A stretch of DNA of 64,000 nt, from contig CM022673.1 in assembly GCA_012295275.1 (NCBI GenBank), positions 27,466,001 to 27,530,000 of the forward strand, given 5' to 3'. The notes under the pieces are model-generated. The model saw only the letters and a list, made by a program, of their open reading frames with translations, made no database searches and was not told the DNA's origin. The translations under genes were made by a program, and so were the position numbers. How positions within the stretch are numbered: the first letter of the stretch is position 1; each line of letters begins with the position of its first letter. Origin of the DNA: Chrysomallon squamiferum (taxonomy: Eukaryota; Animalia; Mollusca). Positions 15,565 to 35,299 of the stretch are shown piece by piece.

Positions 15565-15681
15565 GTTTTCTATGACTTGATGAGGGAAATTCGGGCCAGA
15601 AAAATGGAAGCCAGTCGACAAAACAACGGAAAGCAAAAGAAGAAGGAACGAGGCAAAAGAATAAAGTGTGTCATATTGTAA
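15565..15681 (+). CDS. RALA: Ral canonical terminal exon B (38 aa, CAAX = CVIL)
   Basis: Acceptor ttatag|GTT, phase 0. Translates [38 protein letters not shown], matching the Ral[16 protein letters not shown] segment. Too short for the ORF track. Confidence 0.95.
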   Translation, partial: VFYDLMREIRARKMEASRQNNGKQKKKERGKRIKCVIL

Positions 15682-18600
15682 CAAAGCGTAGTGTTCACCA
15701 AACTCACCTGACATACTGGAAATGTTTATTATATCTGTGTTGACAAAGGATGGTTCTCTGTGACTGATGCTTACATCGTGTCATGTTTTCCTCTCTTGCC
15801 CACATTAAGTCCACGACAACATATTTTATAATACTGGGGGCCAGTGATATTTTTTATCGGTTAATGATATAGATAAAGACTTGGGATCTTTTTTTTTTTT
15901 TAATATTTTATTTTTTTTTTTTCATTTTGTTTTTTCACGGAAAGTGCATGTAACAGGTAGGTAGTCAGTCTGATTTGGTTTTCACAGTTGAGATTGTTGT
16001 CTCAGTGAATATCTGCGACCATCCTTTCATCTGAGAAATGGAATTTTTTTTAAGTGGACAAAAAACGAAACAAATTGACTGGACCTTCTCTTGACTCTTC
16101 TTCATTGTTTATCTGGCTTGTGTAGCTCTGTGGGAAGAATTGATGACACAGTATTAAATAATCACTAGCTCAAACTGATCATCTCGAACACTGGTTGCTG
16201 CAGAGAATGTGTATGTGTGTGCACATGATAATTAACTTGACATTTTGTTTGAAAAGTGCTACGTTAATCATGGTTTTCTAATTCACTTTATATAAAAAGA
16301 AATGTATATTTATTATAATCTGCATGCTTTTATTTTCAGAAATACATAAACAGTAGATATTTTAAATTTTTTTTTCTTTTTCAACTGTATAATTAATTTA
16401 AATTTTTTTTTTTAATTTTTTTTTTAATTTTATGAATCCCATTTTGATGTTTATTTTAATGTAATAATTAAAATATTTCTTTGCATACTTGTTGCCTTCA
16501 TAAACAAACAGAACAAAAATCAAAAGGATTTTATTCCTTTAACATTTGCCTGGTTATTATTACTTCATTAATTATTTTAGTTCTTACGTGTACATTAAAC
16601 ATGACTAGGTTGTTTTCTAGATTTTTGTACGGTTGCCATGCATATATATATTTTTTTTACTTAATGTCTCACTGGTGGATCAAGAATGTAAGAAATTTTT
16701 TATTTAGATATTAAAAAAGAACTAGAAATGTTGGTTCCATTGTTAAAATGCTTGTGCAGACTTAAGGGAAGCATAATTAACTTTAAAAAATAAACCTTTA
16801 ATGAAAAAAAATCCAGCTGAGGATCAAGGAAAATGATGATTGGTGTGTTTGGTATGTTGTATTTTAAAACAAAGGAAGAGCAAATGATGAATTGTAATTG
16901 TTTAATGCTTTACTTTATTTTTATTTTATATTGGAACCAAACATGATGTTTTGGGCACGAGAGATTAAACTATAATAATCAGTGTGTCACTGTTGTTTGT
17001 AAAAAACAACAACAACAACAACAACAACCCATAAAAACAAAACAATTCAGAGAGAGTATGATTCGTGTGTGAGGTTTGTTCTAACAGTAGAACGCAGAGT
17101 TGAAGTTCTGTTGCACTTCAGTTTGAGTGCCTTGGTGCTTGTCGAAGTAGATGATCTGAAAATTCTCGAGTCCCTCTCACATAATTTAAACATCTCCTCA
17201 GCCCATTAGTAGTGATGAAGATGCAGCTTTTCTTTCTTTTCTCATTTCTGGATGCACCCATCAAATGATTCCACAAGCATTTGTGGAGGTATCGCACATC
17301 ATCTAAAAAAGACTTTGTAGACATTTTGGAAATGTTTTTGTCACTCAACAACAAGCACAAACATTCTCAATGCATAAGATGTGCTCTTAGATCGAAATCC
17401 CTTGAAAATTTTGATAAGCGGCATGTGATTTGTGTCTGATATGACTAGATATACCATAGACAATCAAATTAGGCCATCTATGCTGAAACCACATACCACT
17501 GCTCCAGAAGAAGCAAGGATGTGGTTTGGTGTGGTTGTGTTGTCATCAGGATGTGGTTGTTAAAATAATGGATGTAGCTCTGTGAATGTGTTGTTACTTT
17601 GTAAGGATAACAACATTCATTTTATGTATGGTGTAGGAGATTATCACAGCAAGGGAGACACTTTTGATAGCAAGACTGTTTGTCCTTGTAAGTTCACTCA
17701 CTTCACTGAATATCTCTTTGATGCTTGTTAGCCTTATAGCAGTTAATAGAAACAATGTAAGTGTCGTCTTGAATGCAAACAGTTGGTATACAATTTATTC
17801 AGTTCCAGAGATGATTTTATAAAAATAATTATATTTTATTTCATTTTATTTTTTTATTATCTGCTATGTCAGAATGTTAATACTGGATTATTCTGTGGGA
17901 TGTTAGATTATTCATTTTTTAATAGTAAAACTAAACGAATTAATTACGATATCAAGAGAGAAAAAAAGATAATAAAAAAATTGAGTTTGTAGCTTATGGG
18001 AAATCACAGTTACCTGAAGTTATATATGTGATGGCACAATTACTTCTGTGATCAGTTAATTACTACTATTTTAAAAGTCCTTATATTAGTCTTAAAAAAA
18101 AAAAAAGAAATAATAAAAAATTTAGTATATAAGTAATTGATCTATTGTAATGTGTTTTGGGGTCTGGCTAATGCAGGACCATCATTCACTTTGTTTCTGT
18201 AATACTTAAAAATCCCAGAGTCTGAAATGTTGAACACTTTAGTGGAAAGCCACTTTCCTATGCAAACAGTCAGAAAAAAAAAAAAAAAAAAAAAGAATAA
18301 TAAAAAAATGACTATGATTACTGTGACATAATTTATGTACAGCTTGTATATAATAAATGTCTGTTTTCAACTGTTTTTTAAAATATTTTTGTATTGTGTT
18401 TGTAATTTTTTATTATTATTTTTTTTTGGAATGCATATATTTCTGTTAAATATTATGTTATTTTTCAGTAGAAGTAAAATGCTTAATGTTTTGTGGAAGG
18501 ACAGTAATTTGAATGATGATTTTTAATAAACTTGCCTATTTTCTTATTCTTAATTTGCAGATTTCTAAACAATAATGACTTAATTATTTTTAATATTATA

Positions 18601-19773
18601 ATTTTTTTGAAAAATTAATTTATAAATGTCTAGAATATATTTTGACATAAGTTTCAGTGCATAGTTCCCAAACCTTTTTTGATTTTCTTTCTTTTTTTGC
18701 TTGTAAGTGCAATAAATTAAAATGTATATCAAAACACAAAGATAGTTCAGATTTATATCTGTTCATAGCAAACACAAAAAGTCCTACAAATATGTTTTCT
18801 GTAAATACCTCATATTCTTTTTTTCGTATGATTATAAAGTGTATTTACCAGCTTGTTAATTTAAGGCTTATATCAATAATAATAATAATAATAATAGAAA
18901 TCATTGATAAATTTTGTGTAGTCTTTATGTATGTCTATGATGTTCAGAAGATGCATTGTTGTTTTTGAAATGTTCACTGTGGAATTGAGGCATTCTGAAT
19001 CATATTTAATCTCCAGTTGTTTTATTTTTCATTTTGCATCATCATCGCATTGGCATGCGCTCATTTGAAAGACCTTTAGAAAAAATTTATTTAGAAAATA
19101 GTTTTTGGTGTAGTATGAAAATTAAATTTTTACTGTTTTGTCAGTCATAATTTTAAAATAATCATTATAAATTAAAAAAAAAAAAAAAAAAAAAATTGTT
19201 TTAATTAAAAATAAATATTGATTTGATTTATATGAGATCATGTTCTATGGATTAAAATTATCAACAGAAAATAATTTAATAATTTGCTTACGTTAACTGA
19301 AAAACAGCATATTGTAAATATCTACCTGTGTTTTCCAAGCATGGTTTTATTTTAGTTTGAAAACGAAAACAGAAAATTAAAAAGTTAAAAAATAAAAGTT
19401 AAACAGAAGTGAGAATTAAAAACTCAATTAACAGTCAGTGTGGTGATGTCAGTGTCATAACTAAAATTACCCACTGACACATGTTAGTAAATAATTAAAA
19501 GAGAAATATTTCACACATTGTAACTAATCAAATACAGGACCAGTTTTTAACACAACAAAGAACATTTTGGGAACATTATTTCCAAAATATCAGTGTACTG
19601 GACAGTATCAGCGTATACTCCTTAGCCGGTAATTACGTATTTTTGTAGGTTTTTATTATTTAGGATGTAGTCATTTGCATGTTAATAACACCGGTATCAA
19701 TAATAGAAAAGATTTTCTAGTTTAAATTAAATTTTCAGATCAGTGGACTGCAGTTTTCGTTTTTTTTTTTTGC

Positions 19774-19804
<31 letters not shown>

Positions 19805-20330
19805 TGCACTCACTCTCGTTTCTTTTTTGTTTTTTTGTTGCTACTGGCAGGAATTACAGAAAGAAATGAAATTTTGTATTTAAAAATTAATGAGAACGTG
19901 GTTCATTTATTTCTTATTAAATAATTTCACAGTGCTGTATTGCATTAAGGAAAAAAAAATATTTGACAACCTTTTTTTTGTTTTTTTCAATTTTCTATTA
20001 CATTACAACTAGTAACTATAACTCATTTGTAAAATAATTTCAATTTTTTTTATCTGTATCCTTTACGAGGGAGTAATAATCTTTTTAAAAAATTGGTTTA
20101 GAAAATTAAATAATGAGATGAAGGCTCTGCTGTCATAATGTAATGTAAACTATTTGATGTATTTTGTTTAATTAATGGAAGGCTTGCGCCATGGCGACTG
20201 TGTTGTATAAACAGATGATTTATCATTGTTTTGTACATTCAGTTTTTAATGAACTGGTATGTGTACAAGATTATTTAAGTATTGTGTTTATAAATGTACT
20301 GCCTTTTTTGTCAGAAACCCACTGTATTTC

Positions 20331-20336
20331 ATTAAA
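20331..20336 (+). terminator. Candidate distal polyadenylation signal (ATTAAA) ending a roughly 4.6 kb Ral 3' UTR
   Basis: ATTAAA followed by T- and GT-rich sequence. Coincides with the end of the CpG-poor domain and lies just before the 3' end of the convergent lectin gene. Confidence 0.4.
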
Positions 20337-20592
20337 TAATTGCATTTTTTTTTTTTTTCAGAATTGTTCTTGTCTTATTTGTCTTGCTTAATAGTCGTTT
20401 TATAATTTTGATACTGCAGTATAGACTGTTAATTTATTTATTGTATTTATCAGATTTTAGATAATTAATTAGTTAGAAAATATTATGTGAAAATCGCAAA
20501 GTTGGATGATTTGAATGATAAACGCTAACAAACGGTATTTTCATTTAACTTTTATGAAACAAATGCATCAGAATATTAACTCTTCTCCATCT

Positions 20593-23618
<3,026 letters not shown>

Positions 23619-23939
23619 TTTTAGAATGCGATTTTAAACATTTACGTTTATTTTCGAGACAAGGAGTTGAGACAAAAGGTGAAGCTGATAAGATATAAAG
23701 CTATCTGACAAAGATATTAAAATTATTATTTCTTTTTCAGGTATGACCTATTATTTTAAAGCTAATACAAAAAAAAAAAAAAATAAAATAAAATAAATAA
23801 AATAAAAAATCAAGCCTCTCTGAAGACAGAAAAATATGGTTTATAACCATAACAAGATTTGGAGTATTTTTTTAAACTTAATGTCAGTTTTGAAACAGCA
23901 CACATCTTCCTTGTTTTCGTTGTAAGCAGATAACCTTAA

Positions 23940-23994
<55 letters not shown>

Positions 23995-24330
23995 TAGTGA
24001 TCATCAGATGTATGGGAGACAACCCACTATCGTATTACATAAAGAGATTAAAATCTATAATCTGCAATATGCAAATCAACGTATTCGATGACACACACAC
24101 ACATACACATTTTTCATATGATATATATATATATGATTATTACCGTCGGTTTCAGTTACAAAAACCAGTGGTTGTTCTAATGGTGTATTAGCTTTTTAAA
24201 CGATAATTCCCTTGTCATCCATCAACTCATCGTCAAATAGTTTATTTCCGCTATTACAGATTTACTGAAGCGAATGGAATTAACGACGTTGTTTGAACTA
24301 AGTAAGTGGGATAGCACGCGATTCTGTGAT

Positions 24331-24555
24331 CAACGGTGGATTTGTTATGAAACTAACGAAGTTTAAGCTTCAGGGTCCCTAAACCCAGGGTGCACCCTGA
24401 AGCAACTTTAGTCCATGTTGTTTCAAAATTTTAATCGAAATCTGAGAAAAAAGAATTGTTTGGTTATCTCTCTTGGAACAAACCATCGAAGAAGATAACA
24501 GCGGTTACCCAAACATCTTGCAAACGGGTCCCCTTAAAATACAGGTCCATTACTC
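24331..24555 (+). mobile_element. Decayed non-autonomous hAT (Tip100/Zaphod-like) element
   Basis: Begins CAACGGTGGATTTGTTATGAAACTAACGAAGTTTAAGCTTCAGGGTCCCT and ends GGGTCCCC..AAAATACAGGTCCATTACTC, resembling Zaphod/MER115-type termini as recalled (not searched). Flanked by a degenerate 8-bp duplication TCTGTGAT / CTTGTGAT. Confidence 0.5.
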
Positions 24556-24737
24556 CTTGTGATTATACTTATTTGAATATATAGGTGTATGTCTATGTAG
24601 ATGTGTGTTTATGCAAATATATGTCCTTGCATACATGTATATTTGTCCCTCTCAGTATGTATGTGTACATATCTATGTCTGTCTGTCTGCAAGTATTCGG
24701 GCATAAATGTGTGTATGTATTTACGTATGTATCTAAA

Positions 24738-24775
<38 letters not shown>

Positions 24776-25540
24776 GGGTAGATTAATAGATAAATGAAGA
24801 AAAATGGTAAATATATATATATATATGCCTATTATTATTTAAAGATAAATAAGTAACAGATGATAGTTACAGAGAGAAAAAGCGAAAGAAAAAGAAAAAG
24901 ATACTAACAAAAACACTACACAGCTGTTGTAATTTTGTAAAAGGTTAGCCTGTAACATCTGTTGAAAAAAAACCTGATAAGAAATTGTTGATAAGATTAG
25001 AGACCATCGTAAGAAAACAAGCTGAAAAGTACACGCACAGAACTAATGAACTCAAGGTATTTTTTAAATTATCTGTCTTTTTCTCTTGATTTGTCTTTGA
25101 AAATCTTCTTTTACATTTATTGAAACCAGGTAAAAAAAAAAGTTTTATCATTAAAGTCCTAGAAATAAATAAATGTGTCATTAAAATTTGTACAATAGTG
25201 TTTGTGTGTTTAAAAAAATAAAAAATAAAATAAAATAAAAAGTTTCATTATTATAATTTCTGTTAGCGAAAATTATGAATACAATTGCTCTACAATTGTC
25301 ATTGAGATGTGCAAATAACAAAAACTACTTTTAATAAATGATACGAGTTGCTTCCCTTTATATACGGATTTCTGTAGTTTTATAATATTATAATTATACT
25401 AAAAATTTCAGTAATCATGACATTAAATTACGCTTGTGTATCTAATGTGTATTTTAATTTGAACTGAAAGGTCTAACAACAGGACTATTGCTATTTTATT
25501 AAAATATAATAAATGGAAATTAAATTAAATCATATTTCAG

Positions 25541-27349
25541 ATGATCATTTTAGCGTTAATTCTGAGTCTCGTGTCTTTGAGTTTTGAAGTTTGCAGTGCG
25601 GCTAACTGCGGCTGCGCCACTCAGCCGCTTCACGTGAGAACCGGAGCAGGACTGCACCACGGACTGGAAGGAACAATGGCTATCGGAGAATGTGTCACAG
25701 TACACAGTGATCGCCACAGAGCGGACGGCTACGTCTGGGTTCACGTCGACTACCACGGAAAGGTTTGTGTGTATGGGTGTGTGTGTGTGTGTGTGTGCGT
25801 GCGTGCGTGTGCGCGAATGGGAGTGCGCGTTTTTGTTTGTTTTTTAAGCGTGTTTGCATCCATGTGTGTGTATATGTCTACCACGGAAAGGTCTGCTTCA
25901 GAATGAGATTTATCACTGCTAGCCTGACAACAGCAATAACAATTACAAAATAATTTTAAAACGGTATTTTTATTAGTAATTTTAAATTTCTTTCATAGTG
26001 GTACTGTACACGAAAAAATATGTTATTATTACCGCCTGTTTTTGCTTCTGCTACTACTACTACTACTACTACCACTACTTCTACTACTGCCACTACTACT
26101 ACCACTATTGCTACCAGTACTACTTTTTCAACTACTGCTGCTACTACTATTACCATCAACACCTCCATCATCACCACGACTACTACAACTACTAGTATTA
26201 CTACAATTACTGCTACTGCTCCTAGTACTTATATTTTGTATAATATATATTTTTTATTATTCTGCAGTCTGGTTATGTCGCTCTCAACTGGCTCAGCATT
26301 CACCCTTGCGGTAATTCTGGTACGCAAATTTCTTTTCTTGAACCCGAGAATCGCTTAATGAAAATTCAGTTTTATAAATTACGGTTAACACTTACGAAAA
26401 AAAAAAAAAAAAAAAAAAACATACGTTGGATTAAAGAAAATATGTGACATCATCGCTCTGATTAAACATCTGAGTCAAAATAACGTTAGAAAGAGTTACG
26501 ATTAAACTATGTCGACTATTTAACCCGCGTTTTGTGGTAATGAATGAAAAATTACACTTCAGGTCCTTCCAGCAGTCAGATTCAGCTGTCGGGCTGTCCT
26601 GACATCGTGACACGCGCGGAGTGGGGGGCGAGACCTCCGGCGCATCGAGTAGGTCACATGCCTGGCCCCGCCAAATACGTCTTCATCCATCATGGCGAAA
26701 CAAGGCCGTGCACCACGTCGCGCGCGTGCAAGGCAGAAGTACGACAGTATCAGAACTACCATATGGACACTCACAGTACGTAATGATGCGAGGAGATGTG
26801 TGTTTTCTGTCTTTCGTTTTTGTGTGTTCTTTTCTGCTTTATTGCGATCGTTTTTCCTGTCTGTTTTGTCGTATTCTTTCTTTCCTTTTTTTCTCTTCAT
26901 TTTCTTCTTCTTCCTCTCCTCTTTCTCTTTTCTCGTTTTTTTTTCTTCTTCGTTTTTATTATATTTTTCTTTCTTACCAACGTCGTCGTTTTTGTCATCA
27001 TTATCATCCTCATCATCATCTATATCATTATCTTCATTGTCGAGAGCAACATCATCATCATTATCACAATCTTCCACTTTTTCTTCTGTTATCGCTAAAG
27101 AAGAGACAATAAATTTGAAACGTAATGTTCTGTGAAATTGAAACTTGAAGTTTTATCTCGTCTCTATTTGGTTCAGCGCTTAAGGGTTGTGTTTTTGATT
27201 ATCTTTGAATTTGAGACTTCAGATAACAAAATGGAAACTAAAAAAAAAAAAAAAAAAAAAGAAATTCACAAAAGAAAGGAAAGAAATAAGGACTAATTAA
27301 ATGAGATTTAAAGAAAAAAATAAAATAAAATAAAATAAAATAAAGAAAA

Positions 27350-27388
<39 letters not shown>

Positions 27389-27490
27389 TGAAGTTTGTAG
27401 TTAGAAGCAAAGAAAGAAACAACAGAACAATGTTTTTAACAACAATAACGAAATAATAAATAAATAAAAATAAAAATAATAATAATAATA

Positions 27491-27530
<40 letters not shown>

Positions 27531-28262
27531 AAATAAATAAAAAAGTAAATAAATAAAAGAAAGGAAAAGAAAGAACCCAACCACAGTAATAACAACGACA
27601 ACGACAACAACGATGACGAACAGAATGACAATAACTTAAAATGTCCACGACACCCCATCCATTTACATCAGTGACGACACACAACATCCACAACAGATAT
27701 CTGCAGTACAGCAAAACGTTATTACAGCGCTCCAAATATTTGTTGACGCGAAAGAATACATCTTTTGACAACCGTTTCACCACATAAACAGAAAGACATC
27801 GCGTAACGGGGAATTCAGAACACCAAATAAAGATTTAAGTTGATCAACATTTTCCCTTACAATAACAAAAAAAAAAAAAAAAAAAAAAAAAAAGAAAAGA
27901 AAAAAGAAAAATTCTTTAATAATCCATCTATCCAGGAAATAAAAAAAAATATACCGAAGAGTTCACACAGCTTCAGACGTCAATAACAATATGGATTCCT
28001 TACATTTTCAGAGTGGTCTGACATAGGATACAGTTTTGTTGTTGGAGAAGATGGACACGTGTACGAGGCCCGGGGGTGGGACACAATTGGAGCGCACACT
28101 CATGGCTACAATACTGTTGGTTTAGGTAAGACGTTGCGTTTACTTTGTAGGGACTATATTCAGACGCGGATGCGGATTTAGAGGAGTGGAGGTTGTTTAG
28201 ACCACATCTCTGCCCACAACGTCAAGGCATTTAAAAAAAAAAAAAAAAAATGTATCTGTTTT

Positions 28263-28296
<34 letters not shown>

Positions 28297-28993
28297 TTTT
28301 GAAATGAAATGTCTGTTCTGAATTCATTATTCTTCACTTGTTGATACGAACGAACCTCTTGCACAAGTTTCTTAATCTGACTTTCGTATATTTCTTTACG
28401 CCGACATTAACAATGAATATAACCGTAAAATTATGATTAAATGTTTTGTAGGTAATTTTAAAAAATGATTAAAAGAAAACGACCAAAATAAAACAGCGAT
28501 TGTCCATTTAAAAAAACAACAACATTTTTTTTAATTTTGTAAAAGGAATGAAGTTAAAAGTAACTAAGAAAAAATATGTAAATATATATATATATAAAAT
28601 GAAAATAAATAAAATAAAGCAAGCCATTTTCCCTGTAGGATTACTCAGTTTATCCACACATTTTTCACTACCTACGAATCTGAGGCATTCAAATGATGAC
28701 TCAGTCTTTTAAAAACATTTTGCTCACTTCCCACTTTATTACGCTTTGAAAAAAAACGTATACTGATCGCAAAATGTTTCGTTGCCTTCACAGGAATCTG
28801 CATCATAGGAAACTTTCAAGACAGAATTCCCAACAACGCAGCTCTTAACGCTGTCAAACAGCTGATAACGTGTGGGGTGCAGAACGGAAAGATCGAAAAG
28901 AATTACATCTTACGAGGACATCGTGATATGAACCCCACGTCGTGTCCAGGGAACGCTCTAGAAAATCTTATTCACACCTGGCCACATTTCTGA
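25541..28993 (+). CDS. PGRP: Secreted SH3b-domain peptidoglycan recognition protein (N-acetylmuramoyl-L-alanine amidase type), copy 1, 266 aa; exons 25541-25762, 26268-26319, 26563-26775, 28012-28125, 28794-28993
   Basis: GT-AG introns, phases 0,1,1,1. Signal peptide MIILALILSLVSLSFEVCSA. SH3b-like LHVRTGAGLHHGLEGTMAIGECVTVHSDRHRADGYVWVHVDYHGKSGYVALNWL. PGRP domain CPDIVTRAEWGARPP...YVFIHH...[42 protein letters not shown]...GICIIGNF...GHRDMNPTSCPGNALENLIHTWPHF*. Zn and catalytic His, Tyr, His, Cys all present. The ATG directly follows an acceptor (ttcag), implying an upstream 5' exon. AATAAA at 29052-29057. Confidence 0.96.
26047..26228. repeat. Degenerate (ACT)n tract in PGRP copy 1 intron 1; similar tracts at about 30975-31087 and 37325-37600
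   Basis: Visible CTA/ACT array lying between the donor at 25763 and the acceptor at 26267. Confidence 0.9.
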
Positions 28994-29363
28994 GTGGACT
29001 GCGTGCGTGTACATTTGTACTGTCGTTATATTCCGTCAGTTTTGATTTTTTAATAAATACTATATTTAAATATGGAATGTTTATGTTCGTTACTGAGGGA
29101 TAAATAATCAATGATTCATCATTTTTTGTTATTATTTTTTAAAATATATATTGTAAGCTTTAGTTTTCTTAACAGGTAAAAATTATAAACATTGTGTTTG
29201 TGTGTGTTATATATTTATAAATGAATATCAGTCTTTTATAGGTCAGATTTATATATATATATTGTACATGTACATGAACACACATCCACACAAACTCACA
29301 CTCACTCCCGAACACACACACAGACGGTAGCTATATATTTATCCCGACAGCCCCATACTTAAA

Positions 29364-29414
<51 letters not shown>

Positions 29415-29522
29415 TCATTACACAATAACTGAAATAAATCCTTACACCAGGTATTTCATTTTGACCTAAATTATTTACTGAAATAACTTTTATTTATCTG
29501 TGCTTCCGCCTATTTTTATTTA

Positions 29523-29572
<50 letters not shown>

Positions 29573-30087
29573 ACACGCATACATACACGCATATACACAG
29601 AGGTACGCACACATACAGAGGCACATTCACATACAGACATACGTCAGTTTCAGTGTAACTATGAGATAGAAAGTAATACAACAAAACGGGCTGGATTCTA
29701 CATTGACAAAAAGCACAAATAACTGCCGTAATGTGACGACAGCAAATTTCATAATCTACTTAGGTAAGCTTAAATACTTAAACACTTAATTACTTTGAAT
29801 ATAAAATCAGGTTTTTGCCAACGTCATCATTATTTTTTTCTTTCTCCTGTATGTTTCAGAACATCTACAAAGCAAAGCTTTTTTCCCTTCTCTTTTCTTT
29901 TCTTTCATTTTTTTTTATCGTAGACATTGAAATGTTACTTTTTTTTTTTGTTGCTTTTTTAAGAATAGAAAAGTAATAATTTAAAAAAAAAAGATAATAA
30001 TAATTTTAAAAAAAAATTGATAAAAAAAATAATAAAAAATAAAAAATAAAAAATAAAAATAAAATAAAATACTGTTCTTATTTCCAG

Positions 30088-30094
30088 TATAAAA
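30088..30094 (+). promoter_or_regulatory. Candidate TATA box for PGRP copy 2
   Basis: TATAAAAG followed by a GC-richer, CpG-containing segment 1.2 kb upstream of the ATG exon, whose ATG sits on an acceptor. No transcript evidence. Confidence 0.3.
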
Positions 30095-30624
30095 GGTTCA
30101 CGAAGCGTTTTGCTGTTTCGACTGCAGCACCTCAACCGGTGACCAGCTGCATGCTACGCTCCTCTAATCACTTCCTGCATGTCGTGTGCAAAAGAAAAAA
30201 AAAACCCTGTTATATTTTAAATTCAAATATTGAAATCCCAAATGAGCTTGTTTGAGGAATGAATCACAGTTACGAAGGACAAGCATGACTGCAGGCAACT
30301 GAATACCTTTAGCTAAACCATTATTTTCGTTTTAGGACTTAATGGAGGATTATAAAAGGTTTCTGAAAATACTTCTTTTATTAAATGTTTCGCGGCAGCT
30401 GCTGTCATGAGTGGTGTACCAGTCTATCAGTTGAATATCAGAACCGAGTGATAAATGAAACACAAATGAATGATTTGTAATATGCAAATTAATTGCTAAT
30501 ATAGGCCTGATGATCTATAATAATTACACAAAATAATGAACTTTAATATACAGGTTAATTATCTTTAATACTCAAGTGAATGATCTATAAACACACTTCA
30601 TTGTATATTTTTTACTGTTAATAA

Positions 30625-30696
<72 letters not shown>

Positions 30697-31295
30697 CTTT
30701 CTTTAAAGACGACATTTAGTAATGTAGAGAAATCGCTACCGGCATTATATAATATAGTCGATAGATACGATAACTAATAAATTAAATACTAAAGCGGAAT
30801 AGATAATATTTGTAAATGTGTCCTACAGTACTGGCACTCCTAAGTCACGAAGACAAGATAAAAAAAAACTTGACTTTTAGTCTTTAGGCTTGAACTACGA
30901 ATTACTGGACACGAAGATAATAATCAGAGGTATGTATGTGTTAGAGAATTAATTTTTCTGATCGATCATTATTAGAACTAACTACTACTATTTCTGCTAC
31001 TAATGCTACAACCACTACTGCGACTAGTCCTGCTACTACCACTTCTGCTGCTATATGCTACTTCTACTACGACTGCTACTACTACTAAATAAAAAATAAA
31101 TATATAAAAATCATAAATCTACCTATACGAAATAAATTTAATGATCTACACTTCATAATCAAATTTAATGCATTATCTATAATTTATAAATAAAAATTTT
31201 TTTTTAAGAGGAACACGTATTTCAAAAAAATAATTTTAAAAAATATATAGCTAGCATGGTAATTAATACCTGAAGATAAATTTATGACATTTCAG

Positions 31296-34881
<3,586 letters not shown>

Positions 34882-35251
34882 ACAAGAAAGAGGGAAGGAA
34901 AGGTTTAGACGTTTTTGAGTGCTTTTCTGTGTGAATTAAAAGTCCCTGCTTGATTTGTACGGATTAATTAAGACGTTTTGTTATCTCGTTTTATTCCATT
35001 AGCGATCTCGGTAATGACACAGGTAAATTTTAAATGAATTTTGACCGGTACAAGTCCAGTTATTGCTGTCCATTATGATTTACACAGAAAGCTGATTAAC
35101 TGTTTTTGTTTTGCTTGCGTCTCTGCGGACTTCTTAATAAGATAATAGAAATTAGATTACAGATTTACTTTAAGAATCAGATGTCCACATAAAAAGTTAT
35201 ATTTGTTTTCGTTTTTCTTTTCTTTCTTTACTTTCTTTCTTTCTTTCTTTT

Positions 35252-35299
<48 letters not shown>

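Noticed and set aside
16800-17400. TGATGA/CTGA motifs as C/D-box snoRNAs
   Set aside because: No terminal stem or recognisable rRNA-complementary guide; motifs are expected by chance in this composition.
25541-25762. Bacterial contamination as the source of the SH3b sequence
   Set aside because: The domain is interrupted by a spliceosomal intron, fused to an animal PGRP and embedded in microsatellite-rich host DNA.
26020-26358. Thr-rich mucin-like ORF with a hydrophobic end
   Set aside because: An (ACT)n microsatellite in PGRP intron 1; the real exon 26268-26319 is in a different frame.
26559-27135. Acidic/basic and Ser/Phe-rich long ORFs
   Set aside because: Antisense or frame shadows of PGRP exon 3 plus low-complexity intron sequence.
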